In this document: in pieces, positions 9,001-17,865 of the stretch
Numbering within the stretch: position 1 is the stretch's first letter
How the letters are laid out: every line of letters begins with the position of its first letter
NCBI GenBank assembly: GCA_015233145.1
Contig: JADFYI010000003.1
Location: 39,421 to 103,420, forward strand
Origin: Candidatus Omnitrophota bacterium
Lineage (GTDB): Bacteria; Omnitrophota; Gorgyraeia; Zapsychrales; Fredricksoniimonadaceae
Reading direction: 5' to 3'
Length of the DNA stretch: 64,000 bases
Program-made: the position numbers and the translations under genes
Notes under the pieces: model-generated
What the model saw: only the letters and a program-made list of their open reading frames with translations
Databases searched by the model: none
What the model was told of the DNA's origin: nothing

Positions 9001-11728
9001 AAATAATGCCACGTTTAAGGGCAATGTGACAGCAGAGAATATTGTTGTCAATGCCGGTAATTCGATTCTCCAAACAACCGGAGCTTTGGTGGCAAACACT
9101 TTAACAGCCACGGCTCGGGGAATTATTGATCTTTTCTCATCATCCAATGATGTTAATAGTTTTTCAGCCCATTCCACATTGCTGGGAAGTATCCGCTATC
9201 AGGATCTTAATGATGTGACTTTGCAGGATGTCACAACCAATTTTGGTTCTATAACAGTCAAGGCCGGCGGATCGCTGTTGGCCAACGAAGTCACTGCAGG
9301 CGGATTATTCAGCAATGTTTATCTTACGGCCAACGACGATGTGTCCCTGGGCAGTGTTACCGCCAGTGGCGATGATGTGTTTGTGACATCAAAGTATGGC
9401 TCAATCATCGGCCTTTTTTCAGACGATGTGAATGTTCGCGCGAGAAACCTTTATCTGAGCGCTGAAGAGGGGTCTATTTATGGGTACAATTCTCCTGAAT
9501 GGCTTTATTACAGCAACAATGGAGAGAGGGATTTTCTTAAGACAGATGTTGATAACGTGACAGCCAAGGCGGATGATCGTATCAACCTTTATAACATTGA
9601 CAGCGTGACACTTAAAGATGTTGAAACATCAGCAGGCTCAGAAGAGTCAATCATGGTTGTTGCTGATGGCAATATCAATGTTGATTACGTTTATGATCCG
9701 TATGATGTGACGCTTGAGGCTCATGATGGCTCCATCATAGGAAACTACAGGCATCACAATGCCAATATTGAGACAGAAGATCTGTATCTTTATGCGACGG
9801 ACTCCATTTATGGCAAGACAAAGGAAGATTCCTATTATGGGAATAATACTAATGGATTCCTTGTTACGAATGTCAACTATTTGGAAGCCGTAACAGATGT
9901 GCCAACGCCCTCTCCGAGTCCGACACCAGAGGTACTGGAGAGTTTCCACAAGTCAGAAACCAAGGGTGTGATCGACATCTATAACAAAAAGACTATTGAG
10001 CTTGGGTTTGTGACCGCAGGCTCTGAGGCGACAATTGTTGCCAATGGCGATGTGAATGTGGATTATGTGACAGCGCCGAGTGTGACACTGGAAGCTCAGG
10101 ATGGCTCTATTATCGGCAGTGGCTGGAATTACGCGGATATTGACGCTGGTTCAGCTTATCTTTATGCTTCAGACTCGATCTACGGCAACTCAGGGTATGG
10201 TTTTTATTTTGAAGGCAACAAAGATAATGAGTATGGTTTCTTGAATACATACGTGGATTATCTTGAAGCTGTGACTGGCGAAGTTGCTACTCCCAGCCCG
10301 GAAGCTTTTTCAACGGAGTCTTCAAGCACTGGCGTAATCAATATTTACAATGACAAGAGCGTTGAACTCGGAAATGTCAGCGCAGGCTCTGAAGCCACGA
10401 TTTTGGCCGATGGCAATATTAATGTGGATTATGTTTCAGCTCCGACAGTAACACTTGAAGCCTGGGATGGCTCCATCATTGGTTCTGGAACAGGTTGGGT
10501 TGATGTTGATGCCATTAATACTTACCTTTATGCCACAGATTCAATCTACGGTAACACGTTAGTTGATACTTACTATGGCCACAAAATTCATGATTTCCTG
10601 AGCACAGACACTCATTATCTTGAGGCTGTTGTGGGGAATTCCATGGATATCTTTGCCAATGACAATGGCGGTGTTGAAGTTAACGCCCAGGCTTTTGGCA
10701 CCACATCCATTAATTTGGTGAGTGTGGGGGATATGTTTGTTGATTATGTGAGCGATCCTTTGGACGTGACGCTCGAATCACAGAACGGTTCCATTATCGG
10801 CAGCGGGATCAAGCCTGTGGATGTTGATACTGTGAATCTTTCTTTGCATGCGGCCAAGGATATTATGGGCAACACCCTGCTTGATCGTTATTTCTCCGGA
10901 GATACTGTCAAGGCCTTGTTTACCAATGCAGACCATCTCGAAGTGAACGCCGGCGGGAATTCTCTTGTCCTGGACAATGGGGCAACAACGCTCGGCAACA
11001 GTTTTGTTGGCGGAGACTTTGTTTTTGAAAATACGACAGGAGACATTAACTTTGCCGGAACCACACACGCCGAAGGCGTTGTGCAGATTGTGGCTGAGCA
11101 TGGGGATATGAATGGCATTAGCGCAGGCCCCAGCGGTTATCATGTGGAAGCGAATTCTTCTGAGTTTGCTTCTTTCCTGGGAACACCGGATGGCGTTATG
11201 GGGCTTTTCCCCTATAACCCGATCAATGTGAATATTCCCAATGCGCCATTGTTTATTGATATTGGCAAGGCGCATGGATTCGATGCCGGCCTTTTGACAG
11301 GGTTTGTCAATAATCCGAACCCGCTCAATGGCAATCCAACAGTTCCTAACACGGCCAGCTTGCTTAAAATGGTTTATCCGTCGCCGCTTTATCCGCCGGG
11401 TAATATTTTCTTTAACACAACCAAGATTTGGCCTCCGGTTTCGTCAAACTTCTTGTCGCTCATGAGCGCTGGGTTGACGTCCAAGTTCCTGTTCCCGCAC
11501 GCGGAAAGGCTTGCAGGAACTCAAATTAACGTTATGGACTTGCCTTCTTCAGCCGCATTTAAGCTGAGCAGCCCGGTTTATTTTTATCATCCGTTGTCAC
11601 TCGTGGATAACGGGTCTTATGACGGCATGAATCTTGAGGAAGGTGCCTACGATTATATCGATGGCCAGATTAATGCCTGTCAGCCTGATGCCAAGGGAGC
11701 TAATCCTTGCAAGAAGGGCAATTCTTAA
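6056..11728 (+). CDS. Filamentous haemagglutinin-type TpsA adhesin (1890 aa)
   Basis: Signal peptide; TPS secretion domain IYGRLNSNGKVFLINPNGVLF; G/N/T-rich beta-helix; internal repeats; Pro-rich C-terminus ending ACQPDAKGANPCKKGNS. Confidence 0.93.
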   Translation: MRRIVKSKLSILLIAAVFFNYTGFSYAADFPTGAQAVSGTLSTSVDGNTMTENVSDNAIIQYYGFDVGADKTLNIMHDTAGAASLHRVVGPDASSIYGRLNSNGKVFLINPNGVLFAPGSHVDAAGLVASTMGMSNEDFLAGRYVFNRNGATGSVVNEGDIKISNGGYIALLAPEVRNTGAIEAKLGTVVLASGNKATLSLDDNGDISVVVDEALSESLTGQTTGVKNTGTINADGGKVILTAKALNGVLDRAINNEGVVQANNLVEKDGSIELVADGGAIQNSGTIQATGSVRVSNPNGDVNNSGTISANGANGGIVDVVAKNITNFGKITANAFEGGAAGLVNLVAASFTVLKAGSSVEAKATGLNGKGGSVTVKSNDTTIVEEGAVIDVSGGLASGDAGSVEVSANNELGFYGDIYGSAADGYKKGSVLFDPNNIIINDSFDATIFGTQFIKASSIQFMSNFGITLTFTATNDIDMLVNLLGLNSAIAFFAGHNISLGTLLGGGVVVSSNGHLVAFVADSDNNGNGRFSMAAGSQILSNGGDIDIISAQSVQVREINAGSGNVSITAKNSNANIIADSDSSTRVRGKTATLIAGNNIGASGAGIATSVDILKALANNGSVNARNNKSFFTDTIANNDVNLTAETGSILVDFIKAGDSVTLQADDSIIGLYNHSLDVDTKNLYAYTNNGAINGNYYFPAPDNSGVGFLTTNAGYVDAEAANGVAIADIGSFELYATSSNYGVLAVAGGDMTVDYISAPLVGLAAGGSIGSASNAANLSTDDAYLFASDIYAKNDKSMFLTADATNTLDVKTTAGDLKLKTVAANTATLTAANAITDANGSANNITATNLTMNAAAGIGSGDALETKVSNLKVTNTDSGDIQVSNDGGLVLTNFGTGNAVTNNGGSVDISAHSPLTVNSAVVASGNITLTAANEAHSADNLTVNADITSTGNGLIDLNAGDNFVQNSGTISTGADVDVSAGNNATFKGNVTAENIVVNAGNSILQTTGALVANTLTATARGIIDLFSSSNDVNSFSAHSTLLGSIRYQDLNDVTLQDVTTNFGSITVKAGGSLLANEVTAGGLFSNVYLTANDDVSLGSVTASGDDVFVTSKYGSIIGLFSDDVNVRARNLYLSAEEGSIYGYNSPEWLYYSNNGERDFLKTDVDNVTAKADDRINLYNIDSVTLKDVETSAGSEESIMVVADGNINVDYVYDPYDVTLEAHDGSIIGNYRHHNANIETEDLYLYATDSIYGKTKEDSYYGNNTNGFLVTNVNYLEAVTDVPTPSPSPTPEVLESFHKSETKGVIDIYNKKTIELGFVTAGSEATIVANGDVNVDYVTAPSVTLEAQDGSIIGSGWNYADIDAGSAYLYASDSIYGNSGYGFYFEGNKDNEYGFLNTYVDYLEAVTGEVATPSPEAFSTESSSTGVINIYNDKSVELGNVSAGSEATILADGNINVDYVSAPTVTLEAWDGSIIGSGTGWVDVDAINTYLYATDSIYGNTLVDTYYGHKIHDFLSTDTHYLEAVVGNSMDIFANDNGGVEVNAQAFGTTSINLVSVGDMFVDYVSDPLDVTLESQNGSIIGSGIKPVDVDTVNLSLHAAKDIMGNTLLDRYFSGDTVKALFTNADHLEVNAGGNSLVLDNGATTLGNSFVGGDFVFENTTGDINFAGTTHAEGVVQIVAEHGDMNGISAGPSGYHVEANSSEFASFLGTPDGVMGLFPYNPINVNIPNAPLFIDIGKAHGFDAGLLTGFVNNPNPLNGNPTVPNTASLLKMVYPSPLYPPGNIFFNTTKIWPPVSSNFLSLMSAGLTSKFLFPHAERLAGTQINVMDLPSSAAFKLSSPVYFYHPLSLVDNGSYDGMNLEEGAYDYIDGQINACQPDAKGANPCKKGNS

Positions 11729-11755
11729 GGAACGTAGTTTTTAAAGTGAGTTATC

Positions 11756-11790
11756 AACCCCGCGTGTCAAAAGCACGCGGGGTTTTTATT
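11756..11790 (+). terminator. Rho-independent terminator after tpsA
   Basis: AACCCCGCGTG-tcaaaag-CACGCGGGGTT followed by a T tract. Confidence 0.85.
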
Positions 11791-11860
11791 TTTCATCCCC
11801 CAAGTTTTTGCATTCTAAGGATTCTTCCCATTCTTGAAAATTTTCATTTATAATTAGGCC

Positions 11861-12271
11861 ATGAATCAAAAGCTTTCTTCCCGTAAAGGTTTTTCTATGG
11901 TTGAAATCCTGGTCGCAACCGGGGTGCTGGGCTTTGCGCTTGCTGCGAGCGTAACTTTTTTTATTAATAGCCTTGTTCTCAGTGAAGGCGCGCGCAATCG
12001 GACCATTGCCATCTCCCACGCGCGGTTTGTTTTAGAAGACATTCGAAATTCCGGTTATAACAAAGCGTCTGCCAGGCTGGCAAGCAAGTATTGGGATTGG
12101 GATACAAAGGCTATTGCCACCAAAGGACTTTTTAGCCTTCCCAGTGAAACGATCATCACCACAAAAACCGGCGCTGGTGGAATTTTGACTGTCACGGTCA
12201 CTGTTACCTGGGCGGCCACCGGCGGCAGGATATTAAGCCAAGGGTTGACAACCATTATAGGCGAGTCATGA
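11861..12271 (+). CDS. Prepilin-type minor pilin (PilV-like)
   Basis: RKG|FSMVEILV class III signal; C-terminal VTVTVTW. Confidence 0.85.
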   Translation: MNQKLSSRKGFSMVEILVATGVLGFALAASVTFFINSLVLSEGARNRTIAISHARFVLEDIRNSGYNKASARLASKYWDWDTKAIATKGLFSLPSETIITTKTGAGGILTVTVTVTWAATGGRILSQGLTTIIGES

Positions 12272-12732
12272 AGCACAAAGGCTATACTCTGGTAGAAGCG
12301 CTGGTAAGCGTTGCCATTTTCTCAGTTCTTGTGATGGGGCTTTTTGATATTTTAGGCGTGGGGACATCGGTTTATATGAAGAGCGTTCCTATGATTGACC
12401 TTCAACAAGAGGCGCGCAATGCCATGGACAGGATGGTGCGGGACCTTAGAAGCGCCAGGATTCCGATTGTTACACCCATTGACCAGAACAGCGACAGGAT
12501 TTCCTTTAATGCCCCTCAAAACATGAATGTTGAGTATTACAAAGATGGAACATTTTTGGTACGCTTGCAGAATCCTGATGTCTTAACGACCCTTGTGGCG
12601 CAAGATGTCACGTATTTGAAGTTTACCCTTACAGGAGCCTTGGTTACGATTAGTTTGCGGGTGGAGAGGGTTTTTAATAATCAGAAAGTCACATTCCCTT
12701 TGGTCGAACAGGTGAGGTTGCGCAATGAATAG
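12268..12732 (+). CDS. Prepilin-type minor pilin (PilW/PulJ-like)
   Basis: HKG|YTLVEALV; LQQEARNAMDRMVRDLRSA; ends VRLRNE. Confidence 0.85.
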   Translation: MKHKGYTLVEALVSVAIFSVLVMGLFDILGVGTSVYMKSVPMIDLQQEARNAMDRMVRDLRSARIPIVTPIDQNSDRISFNAPQNMNVEYYKDGTFLVRLQNPDVLTTLVAQDVTYLKFTLTGALVTISLRVERVFNNQKVTFPLVEQVRLRNE

Positions 12733-13309
12733 CCGAAATGAACAGGCGTCTGCCTTGCTTCTGACGCTTTTGGTTCTCGTTGTCATTGGGATTCTGGGCA
12801 TGACAATTTCTTTACGCAGTGTGCAGGAAGGGCTTTTAGCCCAACGTTATGCCTATTCTGAAAAGGCATTTTGGCTGGCAGAGGCTGGGGTGCAAAAGGT
12901 TTATTGGGAACTGGTTCAGAATAACTGTTTGGGCCTGAAAGACCAGAAGACACGTGTTTTGTGTCATGGTTGTGACCGCTGCGGCCAGGGGGATAAAATA
13001 CTCACAGGAACTTTGGATGGCGGTACGTACCAGGTGATTTTAAACAATGACAATACGAAGTTAAATTCAATAGGAACCTATACCCCCAATAGGGAGAGTG
13101 CGCCTTTTGTGCGTACTATTCAGGTTAAATTAGCCGTACCCGTTCTTTTTGGCTATGCGAACTTTTCGCGCGGCAGGATGTCATTTTCTAATAATGCCAA
13201 TGGAAATGCCGTAAATAATGGCCAGGCTCAGCCTAACAATTTATTAAATTCTTCTGGAATTTCACCTCACCCCACTCCTGTTATTATTGACTGGCAGGAA
13301 AACAATTAA
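12725..13309 (+). CDS. PilX N-terminal domain protein
   Basis: Hydrophobic N-terminus lacking E5, KAFWLAEAG motif, ends IIDWQE. Confidence 0.8.
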   Translation: MNSRNEQASALLLTLLVLVVIGILGMTISLRSVQEGLLAQRYAYSEKAFWLAEAGVQKVYWELVQNNCLGLKDQKTRVLCHGCDRCGQGDKILTGTLDGGTYQVILNNDNTKLNSIGTYTPNRESAPFVRTIQVKLAVPVLFGYANFSRGRMSFSNNANGNAVNNGQAQPNNLLNSSGISPHPTPVIIDWQENN

Positions 13310-13379
13310 TCCATCAGACATCTTAAATTATTGAAAATAATAATCTTATGAAATTCTTTTTAGAATCAGAGATTTATAT

Positions 13380-13470
13380 TTGCAAAACATTAATTTATAG
13401 TGCATACTTATATCCGTTTTCTCTGATTTTATAGGATTTTTAGTGATTTATATCAATAAAAGAAGATTAT
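13380..13470 (+). promoter_or_regulatory. sigma70 promoter followed by 10-bp-phased GATTT direct repeats
   Basis: TTGCAA-17-CATACT (13380-13408); GATTTT at 13425 and 13435, GATTTA at 13445, GATTAT at 13465. Confidence 0.6.
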
Positions 13471-13654
13471 GTCAGTTTCCGCAATAAATACCGAAGATTC
13501 CTTTTTAACAACAGCACAAGCTGCCAAAGCGCTTAATGTGAGTGTGGCTACGCTTAAGAAATTTGTGCTTTATGGGAGAATAAAAGCCATAAAGACACCT
13601 GGCGGGCACTATCGTATTCGTAAAAAAGATTTATTTGAGAATATATATAAATAA
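13469..13654 (+). CDS. BldC/excisionase-like (HTH_17, MerR-type) DNA-binding protein
   Basis: FLTTAQAAKALNVS...GRIKAIKTPGGHYRI. Confidence 0.85.
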   Translation: MSVSAINTEDSFLTTAQAAKALNVSVATLKKFVLYGRIKAIKTPGGHYRIRKKDLFENIYK

Positions 13655-13679
13655 ACCATACCAGTGGGGGGACAACATC

Positions 13680-14819
13680 ATGAATCAGAAGATCAAATAT
13701 CCAGGGATTGTGTGCGGTGTTTCTTTGGTAATGATGGTCGTGGCTTCCAGGGCTTTTGCCTATACCTGGCAAGGCATGGAGTTAACGCCGCGGGTCTCTG
13801 TGGAGCAATCTTACGATGACAACATTACTTTTGTGAAAGACAGCCCCTTGAAAGATTATTTGACAAATTTATCCCTGGGTTTTGATCTAAAAGGGGAGAC
13901 AAAGATGCAGAAATTTTCTCTTGGCGCAGATGTGACGAGGGAGATGTTTACCAGGCACTCTTCTTTTGATAATACTGCTGAAGCCATTAAAGCCAGTTAT
14001 TGGCAGGAATTGTCTAAATTTGACCAGATTACCCTTAAGGAGAGCTTTTCTCATGCGGTTGAGCCTCGTAGCTTTGCAGAGGAGTTTGTCAGGACTAGCG
14101 GCTTGTACAGCACGTATAACAATGCCTTTAATACAGATTACCGCCATGAAATAGACCCCAAATTAGCCTGGACAGTTCGTTATGGCAATGAGTTTACTGA
14201 TTTCTCAAACAAGGATATTAGCCGTTCAATGCTCAATACGATCGGCACAGGAGCGGACGTTTCGCTGGATGCTGTGACACTCTTAAAGTTTAATTATGAT
14301 TATTCGTACAGAAATTTTACTCCAGGAAGTTCTGCCCAAACCCATGAAATTTCGAGTACGGTAAGAAGGTTTTTAAATAAACGACTTTATTTGGATTTGC
14401 AGGCTGGAGGGGATTTTATTTCTGCTTATGATAATGGAAATTATGCAGAGCCCATGTATCGTGTCGCCCTTACTCAGGATATTGATGAAACCACGCAGAC
14501 AGGAATATCTTTTGAAAAACGCTACGCAACCGATGCGTATACTCAGGATCTTTTTAACCGTTCAGTCGTTGCTGTGAATCTTGTCAAAGACTTAACGAGC
14601 CGGATTACAGGCCTTTTGACAGCCTTTTATGGTAATGGAAAGTATGTTATTGCCCATATTAACGAAGAATTTACAGGCGCGGATGCGGGGTTAAATATTG
14701 ATTTAACCAAGAAAGTCCGACTCAAGCTTCATTACACGTACTCGAGGGAGAATTCATCAGAGTCCACGAGAGATTATGACAAAAACCTTTATTCTTTAGC
14801 TATTGTCATTAAGTTCTAG
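13680..14819 (+). CDS. Outer-membrane beta-barrel protein of EPS loci (BBP2-like)
   Basis: Signal peptide, EQSYDDNI motif, alternating beta-strands, ...RDYDKN...terminal F; start moved to MNQK after a GGGGGA SD. Confidence 0.8.
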   Translation: MNQKIKYPGIVCGVSLVMMVVASRAFAYTWQGMELTPRVSVEQSYDDNITFVKDSPLKDYLTNLSLGFDLKGETKMQKFSLGADVTREMFTRHSSFDNTAEAIKASYWQELSKFDQITLKESFSHAVEPRSFAEEFVRTSGLYSTYNNAFNTDYRHEIDPKLAWTVRYGNEFTDFSNKDISRSMLNTIGTGADVSLDAVTLLKFNYDYSYRNFTPGSSAQTHEISSTVRRFLNKRLYLDLQAGGDFISAYDNGNYAEPMYRVALTQDIDETTQTGISFEKRYATDAYTQDLFNRSVVAVNLVKDLTSRITGLLTAFYGNGKYVIAHINEEFTGADAGLNIDLTKKVRLKLHYTYSRENSSESTRDYDKNLYSLAIVIKF

Positions 14820-14850
14820 GAGAAAAAGGTTACAAGGGTCAATTATTTTT

Positions 14851-16257
14851 ATGCTTAAACAGCACGCAACATTATACCAGCGTTTATTAATTGCCATGGA
14901 TGGCCTGATTGTTTCAGGCTGTTTTTTCGCGGCATATCATTTACGCCTTAAGGTGGAGGGGTATTACCCTTTGGAGGGGTGTTTGTGGATGCTGCCCACA
15001 CTGGTCGTGCTTTGGACAGTTCTTATGTATTTCTCGGAAATGTATACTTCTTTCCGCCTCAAGCAGGCTCTTCAGATTGTCTGGACAATTTTAAAGGTCG
15101 GATTTTCTTCATTTCTGATTTTTGGCAGCATCACGTTTTTGTTTAATATGCCGGATGTCAGCAGGGCGTTTGTCCTTCTTGTTTTTGTCTTGATCATGAC
15201 CGCGCTCATGTTCCAGCGGGTGGCGCTCGTAATCGTTTTTCGCTACTTTCGAAAAAAAGGTTTTAATTTCAGGAATGTTCTTATTGTGGGAACCGGCCCG
15301 CGGGCACAAAAGTTTATTTCTGAAGTGGACCATCACCGGGAATTGGGCTTAAAGATCGTAGGGCTCGTGGATGATGAGCATGTTAACGCGCCGGCAGAGC
15401 TGATGGGACATAAAGTCATAGGAAACCTTAAAGATATTCCTGAAATTATTCGTAACAATGCGCTGGATTACGTTGTTTTTATTGTTCCCCGTACATGGCT
15501 TGGAAAAATTGAAGAAGCTATTTTGTATTGCGAGACCGTAGGAGTTACGGCAAGCATTGCGGTGGACTTGTTTGAGCTTGAATTTACAACCGGCAAAGAA
15601 AGCCGTTTATTTAATTTTCCTTTACTGACCTTTGAACGCACCACGGAAAAAATAGGCCAATTATTTTTTAAACGCGTGATAGATATTTTTTTCTCCGGTG
15701 TGGCCCTTGTTTTACTTTCTCCTTTTTTTATCGTGATTGCGTGCCTTATTTCAATGACGTCGCGCGGCCCTGTTTTTTTCAGGCAGAAACGCTGCGGCCT
15801 TAATGGCCGTGAGTTTGTGCTTTATAAGTTCCGGACAATGGTCGTGGATGCTGAAGAAAAACTGGAAGCGCTCCGGCACCTAAACGAAATGGAAGGCCCG
15901 GTTTTTAAGATTGAAAAAGATCCGCGGATCACGCCATTGGGCAGGATTTTAAGGAAGTTGAGTTTGGATGAACTGCCGCAGTTGTGGAATGTGTTTAGGG
16001 GGGAAATGAGCCTTGTAGGCCCGCGTCCGCCTATCACTCAAGAAGTGCAAAAGTACGACCATTGGCAGCGCCGCAGGCTCAGCATGCGCCCCGGGATTAC
16101 CTGTATCTGGCAGACCAGCGGTCGCAACGGCATTACAGATTTTAATAAATGGATGAAAATGGACCTGGATTATATTGATCATTGGTCATTATGGCTCGAT
16201 TTGATGCTTCTTATGAAGACAATCCCTGTGGTTCTTTTTACCAGAGGGGCCAAGTAA
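14851..16257 (+). CDS. Priming polyprenyl glycosylphosphotransferase (WcaJ/WbaP family)
   Basis: KRVIDI, KFRTM, DPRITPLG, LDELPQLWNV, SLVGPRP, PGITCIWQ. Confidence 0.95.
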   Translation: MLKQHATLYQRLLIAMDGLIVSGCFFAAYHLRLKVEGYYPLEGCLWMLPTLVVLWTVLMYFSEMYTSFRLKQALQIVWTILKVGFSSFLIFGSITFLFNMPDVSRAFVLLVFVLIMTALMFQRVALVIVFRYFRKKGFNFRNVLIVGTGPRAQKFISEVDHHRELGLKIVGLVDDEHVNAPAELMGHKVIGNLKDIPEIIRNNALDYVVFIVPRTWLGKIEEAILYCETVGVTASIAVDLFELEFTTGKESRLFNFPLLTFERTTEKIGQLFFKRVIDIFFSGVALVLLSPFFIVIACLISMTSRGPVFFRQKRCGLNGREFVLYKFRTMVVDAEEKLEALRHLNEMEGPVFKIEKDPRITPLGRILRKLSLDELPQLWNVFRGEMSLVGPRPPITQEVQKYDHWQRRRLSMRPGITCIWQTSGRNGITDFNKWMKMDLDYIDHWSLWLDLMLLMKTIPVVLFTRGAK

Positions 16258-16271
16258 GAAAGAGGAGTGAT

Positions 16272-17252
16272 ATGGCAAAAAAAGCATTGATTACCGGAAT
16301 TACAGGACAGGATGGCTCTTATTTATCAGAATTTCTGTTAAAAAAGGGGTATGAAGTCCATGGAATCATAAGGCGTGTTGCCCTGGAAGACCCTGACCAT
16401 CGTCTTTGGAGGGTGCGCCATATTCTGGATAAAATTAATTTACATTTTGCGTCCCTTGAAAGCTATCCCAGTATTTTTAAAGTGGTTGAAAATGTCCAGC
16501 CGGATGAATGTTACCATTTGGCAGGGCAAAGTTTTGTGAGCTATTCTTTTGAAGACGAATTTTCGACCATTAATACCAATATTAACGGCACTCATTTTGT
16601 GTTATCAGCCATAAAAGAAAAGGCGCCGAATTGTAAATTTTATTTTGCCGCGAGCAGTGAAATGTTCGGGAAAGTTCAGGAAGTCCCTCAAACGGAAAAG
16701 ACACCGTTTCACCCCAGGTCTTCTTACGGGATTTCCAAAGTTGCGGGCTTTGATTTTACAAGAAACTATCGCGAGGCGTATGACCTTTTTGGCTGTAACG
16801 GGATTTTGTTTAATCACGAGTCTCCCAGGAGGGGCTTTGAATTTGTAACCCGCAAGATTACAAGTTCTGTGGCCAAGATCAAACTGGGGATGGCTAAAGA
16901 GCTACGCCTGGGGAACCTTGAAGCAAAGCGGGATTGGGGCTTTGCCGGAGATTATGTTGAGGCCATGTGGCTCATGCTGCAACAAAAGAAGGCTGATGAT
17001 TATGTTATTTCCACAGGAGAAACGCATTCTGTCAGGGAATTTGTGGAGTTGGCTTTTTCCCATGTTGGCCTTAACTGGCAGGATTTTGTGAAGGTGGATG
17101 AGCGGTTCTTCAGGCCCAGCGAAGTTCAGCTTCTGATCGGGAATTGTGATAAAGCCAAAAAAGTATTAGGCTGGGCGCCAAAGGTTACTTTTAAGGAGCT
17201 CGTGACCATGATGGTTGAAGCGGATTTGGAAATTAATAAAAAAAGACAATAA
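16272..17252 (+). CDS. gmd: GDP-mannose 4,6-dehydratase
   Basis: ALITGITGQDGSYL, GILFNHESPRRG, GNLEAKRDWG. Confidence 0.96.
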   Translation: MAKKALITGITGQDGSYLSEFLLKKGYEVHGIIRRVALEDPDHRLWRVRHILDKINLHFASLESYPSIFKVVENVQPDECYHLAGQSFVSYSFEDEFSTINTNINGTHFVLSAIKEKAPNCKFYFAASSEMFGKVQEVPQTEKTPFHPRSSYGISKVAGFDFTRNYREAYDLFGCNGILFNHESPRRGFEFVTRKITSSVAKIKLGMAKELRLGNLEAKRDWGFAGDYVEAMWLMLQQKKADDYVISTGETHSVREFVELAFSHVGLNWQDFVKVDERFFRPSEVQLLIGNCDKAKKVLGWAPKVTFKELVTMMVEADLEINKKRQ

Positions 17253-17281
17253 GAGTTGGGTACATTCAAAAGGGGTAAGGT

Positions 17282-17857
17282 ATGAAGGAACGATTTTTGT
17301 TAAATGTTTTTTTGTTGTTGGTTTATGTTTTTTCACCTGTGACGCTTCGTGCTGAAGATAACAGCGACTATCAAATCAATCAGGGTGATATTCTTGAGAT
17401 CACGGTGGCTGGCCACGATGATCTGCATCGCGTGGTCACCGTAACACCTGACGGTATGCTTTCTTTTCCTTTTATTGGGAGTATGACAGTGAAGGGCAAA
17501 AAGGTTCAGGAGGTCAGCACAGCCATTGAACAGGGCCTGGGCGATGGGTACATCAAGTATCCGCAGGTTAATATTTCTGTCCAAAAGGTCAAAGGGAAAA
17601 AGGTTTTCGTTTACGGGGAAGTTAATACGCCCGGCGCCTACGAATTTACAGGGGATATGACTGTTTTAAGGGCCATTACATTAGCCGGAGGGCTTTCTAA
17701 GTTTGGTTCTGAAAGCGGCATTAAGATTTTAAGAAGTTCACCTGATAAGAAAGATTATGAAACGATCCGGGTTAATTTAAAAGAGGCGATTAACAGCGGT
17801 AATAAGAATAAAGATATTACAATCCAGGAAGGCGATATTATCGTCGTTTCGGAATAA
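17282..17857 (+). CDS. Polysaccharide export protein (short Wza/OPX with SLBB domain)
   Basis: YQINQGD, PDGMLSFPFIG, GEVNTPG, AITLAGG. Confidence 0.9.
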   Translation: MKERFLLNVFLLLVYVFSPVTLRAEDNSDYQINQGDILEITVAGHDDLHRVVTVTPDGMLSFPFIGSMTVKGKKVQEVSTAIEQGLGDGYIKYPQVNISVQKVKGKKVFVYGEVNTPGAYEFTGDMTVLRAITLAGGLSKFGSESGIKILRSSPDKKDYETIRVNLKEAINSGNKNKDITIQEGDIIVVSE

Positions 17858-17865
17858 AAAGGAGA

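Noticed and set aside
6056-11728. CdiA toxin / contact-dependent inhibition
   Set aside because: No VENN/PT domain or toxin tip seen, and a terminator rather than an immunity gene follows.
13469-13654. Prophage/ICE excisionase
   Set aside because: No integrase or phage genes in the window; position fits a regulator.
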